DNA of 63,378 nt, counting the filler. It is 8 parts of 8 records of this genome, joined end to end, with 100 filler letters (N's around TTAATTAATTAA, not from the genome) between each part and the next. Parts side by side here need not be neighbours in the genome. Positions count along the whole stretch, not along the records: positions 26,029 to 37,618 come from SRR31156797_32121; positions 37,719 to 43,251 come from SRR31156797_32126; 6 more parts are not named here. One strand, written 5' to 3'. Shown in pieces: positions 27,978-37,720 of this stretch. The translations under genes were made by a program, and so were the position numbers. Position 1 is the stretch's first letter. Every line of letters starts with the position of its first letter. Below the pieces are notes generated by a model. It was given only the letters and a program-made list of their open reading frames with translations. It ran no database searches and had not been told where the DNA came from.

Positions 27978-28100
27978 AAGAGTTTAAATGTATAAAATAA
28001 ACTGGTTGTTAGAGTAACTCATCCCCCCCAGAACATTTAACAAATGAAGGGGTATATATACTGAAAGAAGGGGTAACAAAAAAGTTGGGGAGATCATTAA

Positions 28101-28733
28101 TTGAAAAATAAGAAATTATTGGAGAAATCGAACGAAATATATGATGCAGCTTTTGTCACTGGAAAAAATAAGAGTTCAAGAACATTATTGGATGATACTA
28201 GTAGACAATATAGAAGATTTTCGGAAATATTAAATTTTATTGATGATCTTGATTCTTCAGTTTTGGATATTGGGTGCGGTAATGGGCTTTTTGCTGAATT
28301 TCTAAATTTCAGTGGATTTACAGGAAAATATACGGGTGTAGATATAAATGAGAATTTATTATCTGAGGCAAAAAAAGACTATCCTCATTTAGATTTCAGA
28401 AAAACAGATATTTTAAAAGAGAAAATAGAAAAATTTGATTATGTGGTTATGAGCGGATTGTTTAATGTTAATTTTGGTCAGGATTTTGTATTTGTTAAAA
28501 ATTTCATAAAAAGCATGGCTGAAATATCAGAAAAAAAAGTTATTTTCAATGCGATATCTACATATGTTAATTACAAAGATGAACATATGTATTATTTGGA
28601 CCCATGTAGTTTAATTCCTTTTGTTGTTCAGGAAATTAGCCCAACCTTTGAAATCAGACATTCTTTTTTGCCTTATAATTTTACAATATCTATTTATAAA
28701 AAAAACAATTGGCAATCTATCATGCAGGAATAA
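28101..28733 (+). CDS. Class I SAM-dependent methyltransferase
   Basis: VLDIGCGNG, YTGVDIN, FDYVVMSGLFN. Confidence 0.85.
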   Translation: MKNKKLLEKSNEIYDAAFVTGKNKSSRTLLDDTSRQYRRFSEILNFIDDLDSSVLDIGCGNGLFAEFLNFSGFTGKYTGVDINENLLSEAKKDYPHLDFRKTDILKEKIEKFDYVVMSGLFNVNFGQDFVFVKNFIKSMAEISEKKVIFNAISTYVNYKDEHMYYLDPCSLIPFVVQEISPTFEIRHSFLPYNFTISIYKKNNWQSIMQE

Positions 28734-28736
28734 TGG

Positions 28737-29678
28737 ATGAAAATAAGTGCGTGGAATAAAGAAAGTTGGAATGGTTTTGTTTGTAAAGCACCTCAAGGTA
28801 CAGTGTTTTGTATAAGTAATTTCATGGAATCCTATGGGTATAATATTAGGTATTTAAAATGTGAAAAAGGTAATGAAATAATAGCTGGTTTTTCTTTTGT
28901 TGAAGCTGAGGATGGAATCATTAAGCCGATGCCATTTCAGGTCTATTCTGGGCCAGTATTCAAAAATATGTCAGGACTTAAAGAATATCGGCGTAATGAA
29001 ATAAGCTATCAGGCTATGACAGCATTCGCAGAGTACTTATTTAAGAATTATTCCTGTGTTGATATTATTTTTCATTGGAGCACCGTAGATCTACGTCCAT
29101 TTCAATGGTTGCATTATCATGAAAAAGAAAAAGGTTATTACGATATCGAAATTCGTTACACATCAATTTTAAGCATCATGAATCCTGAAGATACGACTGG
29201 ATATCGTCAGAGTAGGCGCTATGATTTGAATAAATCTGCAAAGATAAAGTATAGCACTCAAGTGTCACAGGATTTGGATACTCTTGAACAACTTTACGAA
29301 ATGACCTTTGCACGGCAAAGACTTGAGGTCCCTCATAAAACTAAAATACTTATGAGAAAGATATATAAAAACCTTATGTACATGGGAAATGGGATTATGT
29401 TTATTTCTGAGATTGAAAATAAACCTGCATCTGTGGCATTCTTTGCTTATGACAAGTTGAGTGCATATTATCTATGGGGGGCGACAGATCCTTCATTCAG
29501 AAATTCTGGTATCGGAACAAGAAACCTGTATGAGGCATTTCAAATTTTGAATAAAGATAAAGGGATTAATTATGTTGATTTTGTAGGTGTTAACAGCCCG
29601 CAAAGAGGTTCATATAAGTTAAGTTTTGGGGGTAAATTAGTATCTTATAATGTAGTTAGTAAATCAAGTATATACTAA
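28737..29678 (+). CDS. GNAT/FemAB-like acyltransferase
   Basis: WNGFV..PQGTVF, AYYLWGATDP..RNSG, DFVGVNSPQRGSYKLSFGG. Confidence 0.75.
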   Translation: MKISAWNKESWNGFVCKAPQGTVFCISNFMESYGYNIRYLKCEKGNEIIAGFSFVEAEDGIIKPMPFQVYSGPVFKNMSGLKEYRRNEISYQAMTAFAEYLFKNYSCVDIIFHWSTVDLRPFQWLHYHEKEKGYYDIEIRYTSILSIMNPEDTTGYRQSRRYDLNKSAKIKYSTQVSQDLDTLEQLYEMTFARQRLEVPHKTKILMRKIYKNLMYMGNGIMFISEIENKPASVAFFAYDKLSAYYLWGATDPSFRNSGIGTRNLYEAFQILNKDKGINYVDFVGVNSPQRGSYKLSFGGKLVSYNVVSKSSIY

Positions 29679-29734
29679 TAATGTAACAATAAAAAATAAT
29701 ATGAACTTAATCCAGTAAAAAAACGGAGTAAATT

Positions 29735-31318
29735 TTGATTGTATTTTTCACCAAAAGTATTAATTTTTTGTTACGATGGTGCATCTATATTTCCCGTATT
29801 GTCTTTATACCCAAAGAAATCAGGAAATTTATAAAACACAACAATAAAAAATGGAACCAATGGGGTACAAATAAAAGTTCAACAGAGATTCTTTTTGAAC
29901 CTTTTGGAATACCGGAATTCTTAATAGCTAATAGTTATTTTGTAAATGTATTAGCTAAAAAACATAATTCAAAAATTCTGTCTTTTTCAGAAAATCGTTT
30001 TTCTAAACCTTTTTTTAATAAAATTCTTAAAAGCTTTAACTGCAACAATCACATAAAGATAAAACTCAATAAACAACAAATTATACAAAGGGATTTCCTT
30101 TCAGCCAGGGCTTTAGAAGAAGTTAAGGATAAAAAAGGTCTATATGAATTGAAGATTTCGGGGATATGGCTTGGAATCGATATATATGAGTCATACCTTA
30201 GAGGTGGTAAGGCTACTCTTAATTTAAAAGACCCTTTTTTTTTAGAAACGCTCAATAAAGGCCTGGCTTATTTCGTATTTTGGACTGACTATTTTAAAAC
30301 ACATCCAGTGGTAGCAATTATTGTATCCCATGATTGCTATCTTCGAAACGTATTGGTTAAAATTGCTTATAAAAATAATATTGCCGTGTATTTACCCAAC
30401 CCAAGAGGCATAAGCCTTTCAACAGCCCCTTTTTCCATTACTAAAAATATATTTTCGAATTATACTGAATATTTTAAGAAATTGTCTTTAAAAAAACAAA
30501 AAGAAGCAATTTCTTTTGCTAAAGGGATGCTTGAAAAACGATTGAGTGGGCAAGTAGGAGTAGATATGTCGTATTCGACAAAATCTGCTTACACGCCTGT
30601 CTCTAATAAACAACCTGTCTTACAGATTAATGATAAAATAAAAATAGTTATATGTACGCATTGTTTTTATGATAATCCCCATGCATATGGGGAGATGTTA
30701 TTTTTGGATTTTTATGAATGGTTATCCTTTTTAGGTGAGATTTCTGAAAAAACTGATTATGACTGGTATGTTAAAACGCATCCGGATTATCGTCAAGGGA
30801 CACTAGAAGTTATAGAAGGAATAATAAAAAAATTCCCAAAAATAAAGTTGATTCCACCTGAAACCTCTTTTTTTCAATTAGCTGATGAAGGTGTTTCTTT
30901 TGCTTTAACTTGTTATGGTTCTATTGGGCATGAACTACCGATGTTGGGTATTCAGGTCATTAATGCTGGCTATAACCCCCATTCTGCCTATGACTTTAAC
31001 TGGCATGCATATTCTGTTGATGAATATCAGAATTTACTGGTTAATCTATCTAGTCTTAAAAAGAAAATTAATTATAATAAAATTTATGAATTCTATTATA
31101 TCCATTTTTATTATACGTATTCAGATTCATTAGTTTATCGTTCACATAGAAAGATGATAAAAATTTTAACTTCCGAACAGCAGCTCGGTTCAAAACCTGG
31201 GGCATATATTTATTTTCTTGACCAATTAACAAGTGATAAACACCTCAATATTATTGATAGTATGCAAAAATATCTTGAGTCCGGTAAACAATATTTTTTT
31301 GATAATGCCGCTGAGTAG
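29735..31318 (+). CDS. Polysaccharide biosynthesis protein (GT-B-like / capsule-biosynthesis-like)
   Basis: C-terminal WYVKTHPD..TCYGSIGHELPMLG pattern resembling capsule-biosynthesis GT-B folds; cluster context. Function not assignable. Confidence 0.55.
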   Translation: MIVFFTKSINFLLRWCIYISRIVFIPKEIRKFIKHNNKKWNQWGTNKSSTEILFEPFGIPEFLIANSYFVNVLAKKHNSKILSFSENRFSKPFFNKILKSFNCNNHIKIKLNKQQIIQRDFLSARALEEVKDKKGLYELKISGIWLGIDIYESYLRGGKATLNLKDPFFLETLNKGLAYFVFWTDYFKTHPVVAIIVSHDCYLRNVLVKIAYKNNIAVYLPNPRGISLSTAPFSITKNIFSNYTEYFKKLSLKKQKEAISFAKGMLEKRLSGQVGVDMSYSTKSAYTPVSNKQPVLQINDKIKIVICTHCFYDNPHAYGEMLFLDFYEWLSFLGEISEKTDYDWYVKTHPDYRQGTLEVIEGIIKKFPKIKLIPPETSFFQLADEGVSFALTCYGSIGHELPMLGIQVINAGYNPHSAYDFNWHAYSVDEYQNLLVNLSSLKKKINYNKIYEFYYIHFYYTYSDSLVYRSHRKMIKILTSEQQLGSKPGAYIYFLDQLTSDKHLNIIDSMQKYLESGKQYFFDNAAE

Positions 31319-31356
31319 TCAACTCCAACATTATAAATAAATATGGAGATTTATAT

Positions 31357-32352
31357 TTGGAAAATAAACCACTAACAACGCCAGTTTTATTTCTTAATTT
31401 TAATCGACCCGACCTGTCTAAGCAGGTGTTTGAAATGATAAGAAAAGTAAAACCAGTAAAATTATTTATTGCAGCTGACGGTCCAAGGATTAATGTACCT
31501 GAGGATAACCAAAAGTGCAAAGAAACAAGGGAAATTATAAGTTGTGTCGATTGGGATTGTGAAATTAAGACTTTTTTCAGAGATAATAATGTTGGTTGCA
31601 AAATCGCCATCAGCTCAGCGATTAATTGGTTTTTTAGTCATGTTGATACCGGTATTATCCTGGAAGATGATTGTCTTCCTTCTATCTCCTTTTTTTATTT
31701 TTGCCAGGAATTATTAGAAAAATATTATGACGACAATCGTATCATGCAGATAAATGGTACAAATCATTTGCTAAATAAAAAACAGTTTGACAATAGTTAT
31801 TATTATTCCAGAATAAATGGTTGCTGGGGATGGGCGACCTGGAAAAGAGCATGGAAATTTTATGATAATGAATTAAAAAATTTTAATAACTTTAGAAATG
31901 AAAACAGGATATATGATTATATAGATAATAAGGCTCTTTGTAATTGGAGGATGGACTACTTTGAAAGAGCATCTAAGCCCGGTTGCAATATTTGGTCAGC
32001 AAATTGGGCATATGCAATAATGATTCAAAATGGTCTTATGATATCTCCAAGCAAAAATTTGGTTCAAAATGTTGGTTTTCGTGAAGATGCGACAAATGGT
32101 CTAAATAGTAGCTTTTCTTTATATTCAACGATTAAAAATGAAGAATTGGAACGTATTGTAAGCCCTTTGTTTGTCTTGCCGGATAAAGAAGCAGACAATA
32201 TACATTTTGAAATTATTAAGAAAACAGATCCCATGTTTGTTTACAAATACAGACGTATTTTTTCAAGACTGATATATAAGTTTACTCAATATATACCAGA
32301 TGGTTTTAGAAAAAAAATTAAATTATTATTGAAAAAATTAAATAGCAAATAG
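31357..32352 (+). CDS. Nucleotide-diphospho-sugar transferase (GT-A fold)
   Basis: PVLFLNFNRPD, FIAADGPR, AINWFF, IILEDDCLP, CWGWATWKRAW, NLVQNVGF. Confidence 0.85.
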   Translation: MENKPLTTPVLFLNFNRPDLSKQVFEMIRKVKPVKLFIAADGPRINVPEDNQKCKETREIISCVDWDCEIKTFFRDNNVGCKIAISSAINWFFSHVDTGIILEDDCLPSISFFYFCQELLEKYYDDNRIMQINGTNHLLNKKQFDNSYYYSRINGCWGWATWKRAWKFYDNELKNFNNFRNENRIYDYIDNKALCNWRMDYFERASKPGCNIWSANWAYAIMIQNGLMISPSKNLVQNVGFREDATNGLNSSFSLYSTIKNEELERIVSPLFVLPDKEADNIHFEIIKKTDPMFVYKYRRIFSRLIYKFTQYIPDGFRKKIKLLLKKLNSK

Positions 32353-32403
32353 TAAAGAACCATTATTATTCAACTTATCAAAAATCATTTTTATGGGCAA
32401 ACG

Positions 32404-33186
32404 ATGCAGATTATAATTTTATGTGGAGGTTTAGGAACCCGCCTTAGAGAAGAGACTGAGTATAGACCTAAACCCATGGTTAATATTGGAGACCAACCGA
32501 TCCTCTGGCATATCATGAAAATATACTCTCACTTTGGTTATAACGAATTCATTCTGCCATTAGGTTATAAAGGAAAAATGATAAAGGAATATTTCTGGAA
32601 TTATGAATTAATGAACAGCGATGTCACTATTGAACTTGGAAAGCAAAATTCATTGTGTATGCATAACTATCATGATGAAGCCGGATGGAAGATCACCCTT
32701 GCCAACACCGGTGAAAAAACGTTGAAAGGCGGTCGCCTCAAACGAGTTGAAAAATATATAAACAGTGATACTTTCATGCTAACATACGGTGATGGCGTAG
32801 CAGATATAAATATCGATAAGCTACTTGAATTTCACCGTGCGCATGGAAAACTTGCAACCGTAACCGGTGTCTCACCAACGGCCAGATTTGGAGAGTTACA
32901 CATAAAAAACAACCAGGTACATTCTTTTCAGGAAAAACCTGAAATATCATCAGATAGTAAGTATGTAAGCGGCGGTTTTTTTATCTTTAACAAAAAAATA
33001 TTTGAATACCTTAGTGATGCTGAAGAGTGTGATCTGGAAATTGGTGCCCTTGAGACCATTGCTGCTGCCGGAGAATTGATGGTTTATAAGCATAAGGGGT
33101 TTTGGGCATGTATGGATACGCTGAGGGATGTGGAATACTTAAATTCAATCTGGGAAAAAGATCAGGCAAGATGGAAATTCTGGTAA
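32404..33186 (+). CDS. rfbF: Glucose-1-phosphate cytidylyltransferase
   Basis: LCGGLGTRLREETEYRPKPMV, GGRLKR, LTYGDGVADI, GFWACMDTLRD. Confidence 0.95.
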   Translation: MQIIILCGGLGTRLREETEYRPKPMVNIGDQPILWHIMKIYSHFGYNEFILPLGYKGKMIKEYFWNYELMNSDVTIELGKQNSLCMHNYHDEAGWKITLANTGEKTLKGGRLKRVEKYINSDTFMLTYGDGVADINIDKLLEFHRAHGKLATVTGVSPTARFGELHIKNNQVHSFQEKPEISSDSKYVSGGFFIFNKKIFEYLSDAEECDLEIGALETIAAAGELMVYKHKGFWACMDTLRDVEYLNSIWEKDQARWKFW

Positions 33187-33201
33187 TTTGGGGAATAAAT
33201 A

Positions 33202-34281
33202 TTGCTGAATAATTTTTTTAAAAATAAAAAGATTTTGATAACCGGCCATACTGGTTTTAAAGGGACATGGCTCTCAATCTACTTAAAAATGCTTGGTGCC
33301 CATGTATATGGTTTTTCTCTGGATTATCCAAGCTCGCCATGCATGTTCAAGTTAACCGATATCAATAAATCAGTGGAATCTGAGTTTGGTGATATCCGCG
33401 ATTTACATAAACTAAAAAAAACCGTAAATTTATTTAACCCCGAGATTGTTTTTCATATGGCGGCTCAACCATTGGTTCGTCAGTCTTATGTCGATCCAGT
33501 AGAAACCTATTCAACTAATGTCATGGGGACTGTAAATCTACTGGAGGCAATCAGGCTATCAACCAAGGTCAAAGCAGTCATCAACGTAACCAGTGATAAG
33601 TGTTATGAAAACAAAGAATGGGTATGGGGCTACCGTGAGAATGACCCTATGGGTGGACACGATCCATATTCAAGTAGTAAAGGGTGTGCAGAACTTATAA
33701 CCTCTTCTTATTGCAACTCTTTTTTTAATTCTGACAATGATAATTATCATCAAACTGCTGTTGCATCCGTACGGGCAGGCAATGTAATTGGTGGTGGCGA
33801 TTTTGCCATAGATAGACTGCTCCCTGATATTGTCAGAGCTTTCATAAATAATGATACCGTGACAATCAGGGCGCCTCATGCAGTTCGCCCCTGGCAGCAT
33901 GTGCTGGAACCATTGCATGGCTACATGGTACTTGCAAAGTATCTATACGAAAATGGTAAAGAGTTCTCTGGAGGCTGGAATTTCGGGCCTGGAAACGATT
34001 CCGTTCAAAAAGTAGGACAAATTGTGAAAATGATTGCCCAACTTTGGGGTGATAAAACAAAATATTCAACAGAAGAAAACAGTGATTTCCACGAAGCACA
34101 GCTTTTGAAACTTGACTGTTCAAAAGCTAACCAATTAATAGATTGGTATCCGGTATTAACGATAGAACAGGCTTTACAATGGACAGTTAACTGGTATAAG
34201 GCTTTTAATAATAAAGAAGATTCTCTGCAGAAATTAACCGAAGAACAGATAGCAAAGTACCTGAATCTTGTTGGTTATTAA
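33202..34281 (+). CDS. rfbG: CDP-glucose 4,6-dehydratase
   Basis: TGHTGFKGTWL, HMAAQPLVRQSY, TSDKCY, DPYSSSK, RAGNVIGGGD, RPWQHVLEPL. Confidence 0.95.
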   Translation: MLNNFFKNKKILITGHTGFKGTWLSIYLKMLGAHVYGFSLDYPSSPCMFKLTDINKSVESEFGDIRDLHKLKKTVNLFNPEIVFHMAAQPLVRQSYVDPVETYSTNVMGTVNLLEAIRLSTKVKAVINVTSDKCYENKEWVWGYRENDPMGGHDPYSSSKGCAELITSSYCNSFFNSDNDNYHQTAVASVRAGNVIGGGDFAIDRLLPDIVRAFINNDTVTIRAPHAVRPWQHVLEPLHGYMVLAKYLYENGKEFSGGWNFGPGNDSVQKVGQIVKMIAQLWGDKTKYSTEENSDFHEAQLLKLDCSKANQLIDWYPVLTIEQALQWTVNWYKAFNNKEDSLQKLTEEQIAKYLNLVGY

Positions 34282-34307
34282 CATTACATCAACAATTAAG
34301 GATAAAA

Positions 34308-34862
34308 GTGAAAATTACTGAATTACCCCTTAATAGTGCCTGGTTAATTGAGCCTCAACCTATTTTTGATAATCGAGGTCAATTTACCCGTATTTTTTGT
34401 AAATCGGAATTAAGCAAAGTACTTGATCTCGAAAAAGAGATTGTACAAATCAATCATTCAAGAAATAAAAAAAAAGGTGCCCTTCGAGGTATGCACTTTC
34501 AATTTCCGCCTAAAGCAGAAATGAAGATAGTTTCCTGTATTAATGGTGCTGTATTTGACGTACTGATAGATTTACGAAAAAATTCAAATACTTTTTTACA
34601 TTGGCATGGTGAAACTCTAACAAAAGAAAATCAAAAAATGATGTATATCCCGGAAGGATTTGCTCACGGTTTTCAGATACTGAAGCAAAACAGCGAACTT
34701 CTTTATTTCCATACTGAATTTTACAGCCCGGATCATGAAGGAAGTATTCGATATAATGATCCTGCGATTAATATTTCCTGGCCTTTGGATATTACTGAAA
34801 TTTCTGAAAAAGACAGAAACCATCCTTTGTTACAAAATGATTTCTCAGGCATAGAATATTAA
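34308..34862 (+). CDS. rfbC: NDP-4-keto-6-deoxyhexose 3,5-epimerase (RmlC/RfbC family)
   Basis: DNRGQF, GALRGMHFQ, DVLIDLR, IPEGFAHGFQ, SEKD. Confidence 0.9.
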   Translation: MKITELPLNSAWLIEPQPIFDNRGQFTRIFCKSELSKVLDLEKEIVQINHSRNKKKGALRGMHFQFPPKAEMKIVSCINGAVFDVLIDLRKNSNTFLHWHGETLTKENQKMMYIPEGFAHGFQILKQNSELLYFHTEFYSPDHEGSIRYNDPAINISWPLDITEISEKDRNHPLLQNDFSGIEY

Positions 34863-34869
34863 GGTTATT

Positions 34870-36132
34870 ATGAAATGTAGATTTTGCAATAATGAACTAT
34901 CCCATAAATTTGTTGATCTTGAAAACGCCCCACTTTCAAATTCCTTTTTAACAAAAACAGATTTGAATGAACGAGAGCTGTATTATCCACTCAGGCTTTT
35001 TGTTTGTGATAAATGCTTTCTTGTGCAAATTGACGAATATAAAAAATCAGATGAAATATTCAATAATGAGTATGTCTATTTTTCTTCATATTCAAAAACC
35101 TGGCTTGAACATGCAAGAAAATATGTTGAAATGATTACAGATAAGCTAAAATTATCCACCAAATCCAGGGTCATTGAAATCGCCTCCAATGATGGTTATC
35201 TGCTTCAATACTTTTTAAAAAAACAAATACCATGCACAGGAATAGAGCCAACCGCCAATACAGCTTGTGTTGCAAGAGAAAAAGGTATCGAAACATTAGA
35301 AGCATTTTTTAACAAAGACTTTGCAGATCGTTATATTAACCATAATGATAAGGCAGATCTTATAATCGGCAATAATGTTTTAGCCCATGTGCCGGATATT
35401 AATAATTTTGTAACTGCACTGCAAACAGTGCTTGCACCCCATGGAAGCATTACAATGGAGTTTCCACATTTAATGCAACTCATTGAACATTCACAATTTG
35501 ATACAATTTACCATGAACATGTTTCGTATCTTTCGCTATATACTATCTGCCTTATTTTCAGCAATGCAGGGTTAAGAATTTATGATGTAGAGGAGTTGCC
35601 AACCCACGGTGGCAGTATACGAATATATGCCTGTCAAAAAGATGATGACAGGCAGGAAATGAACACAGTAAAAAAACTATTGGGGAAAGAAAATCAATAT
35701 GGTTTGCTCAAGATATCAACCTACCTAAAATTTCAGGATAAAGCTAATCGCATTAAAAATGATTTTTTATTTTTTCTTATTGAACAAAAACGAAATGGGA
35801 AAAAAATTGCGGCATATGGTGCAGCAGCTAAAGGTAACACCATGCTCAACTATGCAGGTATCAAATCAGATTTGATAACTTTTGTATGTGATGCGTCCCC
35901 ATCAAAAATAGGAAAATTTCTTCCCGGTAGTCATATTCCAGTGGTTCATGAAGAACAGATAAAAGAATATAAACCTGACTTTGTTCTCATTTTTCCCTGG
36001 AATATTAAAGAGGAAATCACTGCTCAATTAAGTTACATTAGAAACTGGGGGGGGCAGTTTGTTGTAGCAGTCCCGGGGTTAAAGATAAGTTCGCCACAAA
36101 AGGGAATGAGAATAACGAGTAAACAATTATGA
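34870..36132 (+). CDS. NDP-sugar C-methyltransferase family protein (Zn-binding N-terminus)
   Basis: CRFC..CDKC zinc motif, EIASNDG, NNVLAHVPD, FDTIYHEH, THGGS, YGAAAKGNT. Confidence 0.88.
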   Translation: MKCRFCNNELSHKFVDLENAPLSNSFLTKTDLNERELYYPLRLFVCDKCFLVQIDEYKKSDEIFNNEYVYFSSYSKTWLEHARKYVEMITDKLKLSTKSRVIEIASNDGYLLQYFLKKQIPCTGIEPTANTACVAREKGIETLEAFFNKDFADRYINHNDKADLIIGNNVLAHVPDINNFVTALQTVLAPHGSITMEFPHLMQLIEHSQFDTIYHEHVSYLSLYTICLIFSNAGLRIYDVEELPTHGGSIRIYACQKDDDRQEMNTVKKLLGKENQYGLLKISTYLKFQDKANRIKNDFLFFLIEQKRNGKKIAAYGAAAKGNTMLNYAGIKSDLITFVCDASPSKIGKFLPGSHIPVVHEEQIKEYKPDFVLIFPWNIKEEITAQLSYIRNWGGQFVVAVPGLKISSPQKGMRITSKQL

Positions 36133-36983
36133 AAATATTAGTAACAGGTGCAACTGGATTTATTGGGAGATATGTAATTAATGAGATTATAAATAATTAC
36201 CAATATGATATTATAGCGACCTCATCCAATATTGAAAAAGCAAAATTATGCAATTGGTTTCCTCACGTCCAATACTATGAATATGATATTAATAGTGAAG
36301 ATAAAAACTGTTTTGAATTTTTCGAGCGACCAGCTTTAATGATTCATCTTGCGTGGCAGGGCTTGCCAAATTATAAAGGTCTATTTCATTTTGAAAAAAA
36401 CCTTTCTGCAAATTATTGTTTTGCGAAGAATATGATTGAAAATGGTTTAAAATCGATCGTAATAACAGGTACATGTTTTGAATATGGTATGCAGAACGGA
36501 GTATTAAAAGAAGATTTGAAAACTGCACCCAATAATCCTTATGCTATCGCAAAAGATACCTTAAGAAAGTTTCTGGAACAATTACAAAACCAAATTAATT
36601 TCGAATTTAAATGGGTACGTTTATTTTATATGTATGGAAAAGGTCAAAACCCAAACTCAATACTTTCTCAGTTAGAAGAATCATTAAAAAATAATGATTC
36701 TTTTTTTAATATGTCAGGTGGAGAACAATTAAGAGATTATCTTCCTGTTGAAAATGTTGCTGAGTATATAGTAAAAATTGCACTACAAAATAAATTTAAT
36801 GGAATTATTAATTGTTGCAGCGGTTTTCCTGTTTCAATCAGAAATCTTGTAGAAAATTATTTAAAGGAAAAGCAAAAAAATATTCATCTGAATTTAGGAC
36901 ACTACCCATACCATGATCATGAGCCTATGGCATTTTGGGGTGATGAAAAGAAGTTGAAAATGATCCTGAAAATGTATGCATAA
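36129..36983 (+). CDS. NAD-dependent epimerase/dehydratase (SDR), probable 4-ketoreductase
   Basis: TGATGFIG, HLAW, GTCFEYG, YAIAK (YxxxK), RLFYMYG, RDYL. Confidence 0.88.
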   Translation: MKILVTGATGFIGRYVINEIINNYQYDIIATSSNIEKAKLCNWFPHVQYYEYDINSEDKNCFEFFERPALMIHLAWQGLPNYKGLFHFEKNLSANYCFAKNMIENGLKSIVITGTCFEYGMQNGVLKEDLKTAPNNPYAIAKDTLRKFLEQLQNQINFEFKWVRLFYMYGKGQNPNSILSQLEESLKNNDSFFNMSGGEQLRDYLPVENVAEYIVKIALQNKFNGIINCCSGFPVSIRNLVENYLKEKQKNIHLNLGHYPYHDHEPMAFWGDEKKLKMILKMYA

Positions 36984-37153
36984 CGTATGAATGCAATAAC
37001 TTCTTAGGGGTGAGAAAATAATTAACTCCACCAACCAGCCCTTTAATCCTCCACAGTAAAAAATGCTATGAATTGAATGGGAAGCTCCGGTCTGAAAAAA
37101 ACGTAACAAATGCTCATGCATCTGTTACGGAAAAATAGAAACGGAGTATGATC

Positions 37154-37252
37154 ATGCAGGCACGGATAGACCCGAAAAGGTTTTATGGTCGAGATTTTTC
37201 GACAGACGATTTATTGATGATCACAGAAATTGTGACTACCTGCGGTGGTTGA
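37154..37252 (+). pseudogene. N-terminal fragment resembling IS-associated DUF4338 proteins
   Basis: MQARIDPKRFYGRDFSTDDLLMITEIVTTCGG* after GGAG; resembles the FCGRxF..I..I...CxGLSR start of DUF4338 proteins (from recall). Ends where the next IS fragment begins. Confidence 0.45.
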
Positions 37253-37254
37253 AG

Positions 37255-37552
37255 GAAGATAAAAAACATAGCCAGGAGCAGTTACCAACCGTGCAGACTA
37301 TAAAATATAAACTCAATCAGTTAGGCTATAGCTTAAAAAAAGTTGCTAAAACCAAACCCCAAAAAAAATAACTGAAACAGATGCGATCTTTTCATATAAC
37401 CAAAACCTATGAAAAAGGTGTCAAAATTGGGAAAAAAGCTATGGAACAATTAGAAGAAATGATCGAACGGGTTGAAGGTATCAAAAGGCTGTTGACATCC
37501 CTTGTTATTAAAACGCAAATTCGGTGAATTTTATTCCTTTCGGCACACCCTT
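37255..37552 (+). pseudogene. Internally deleted ISAzo13-family transposase remnant
   Basis: LPTVQTIKYKLNQLGYSLKKVAKTKPQKK, then in the -1 frame across an A-run ITETDAIF, then directly the C-terminal TKTYEKGVKIGKKAMEQLEEMIER. The central DDE region is missing. Confidence 0.7.
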
Positions 37553-37618
37553 GCATTAAAACTATCTGAATAATTACTAAAGACTTAATTAGTATCTGCT
37601 GATTTTCTCTCATATGGG

Positions 37619-37718
37619 NNNNNNNNNNNNNNNNNNNNNNNNNNNNNNNNNNNNNNNNNNNNTTAATTAATTAANNNNNNNNNNNNNNNNNNNNNNNNNN
37701 NNNNNNNNNNNNNNNNNN
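37619..37718. other. Artificial contig spacer
   Basis: N-run with TTAATTAATTAA. Confidence 0.98.
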
Positions 37719-37720
37719 GC

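Noticed and set aside
37154-37252. Possible Druantia anti-phage system from the DUF4338-like fragment
   Set aside because: Only 32 codons among IS debris and no other Druantia genes; more simply an IS-associated gene remnant.
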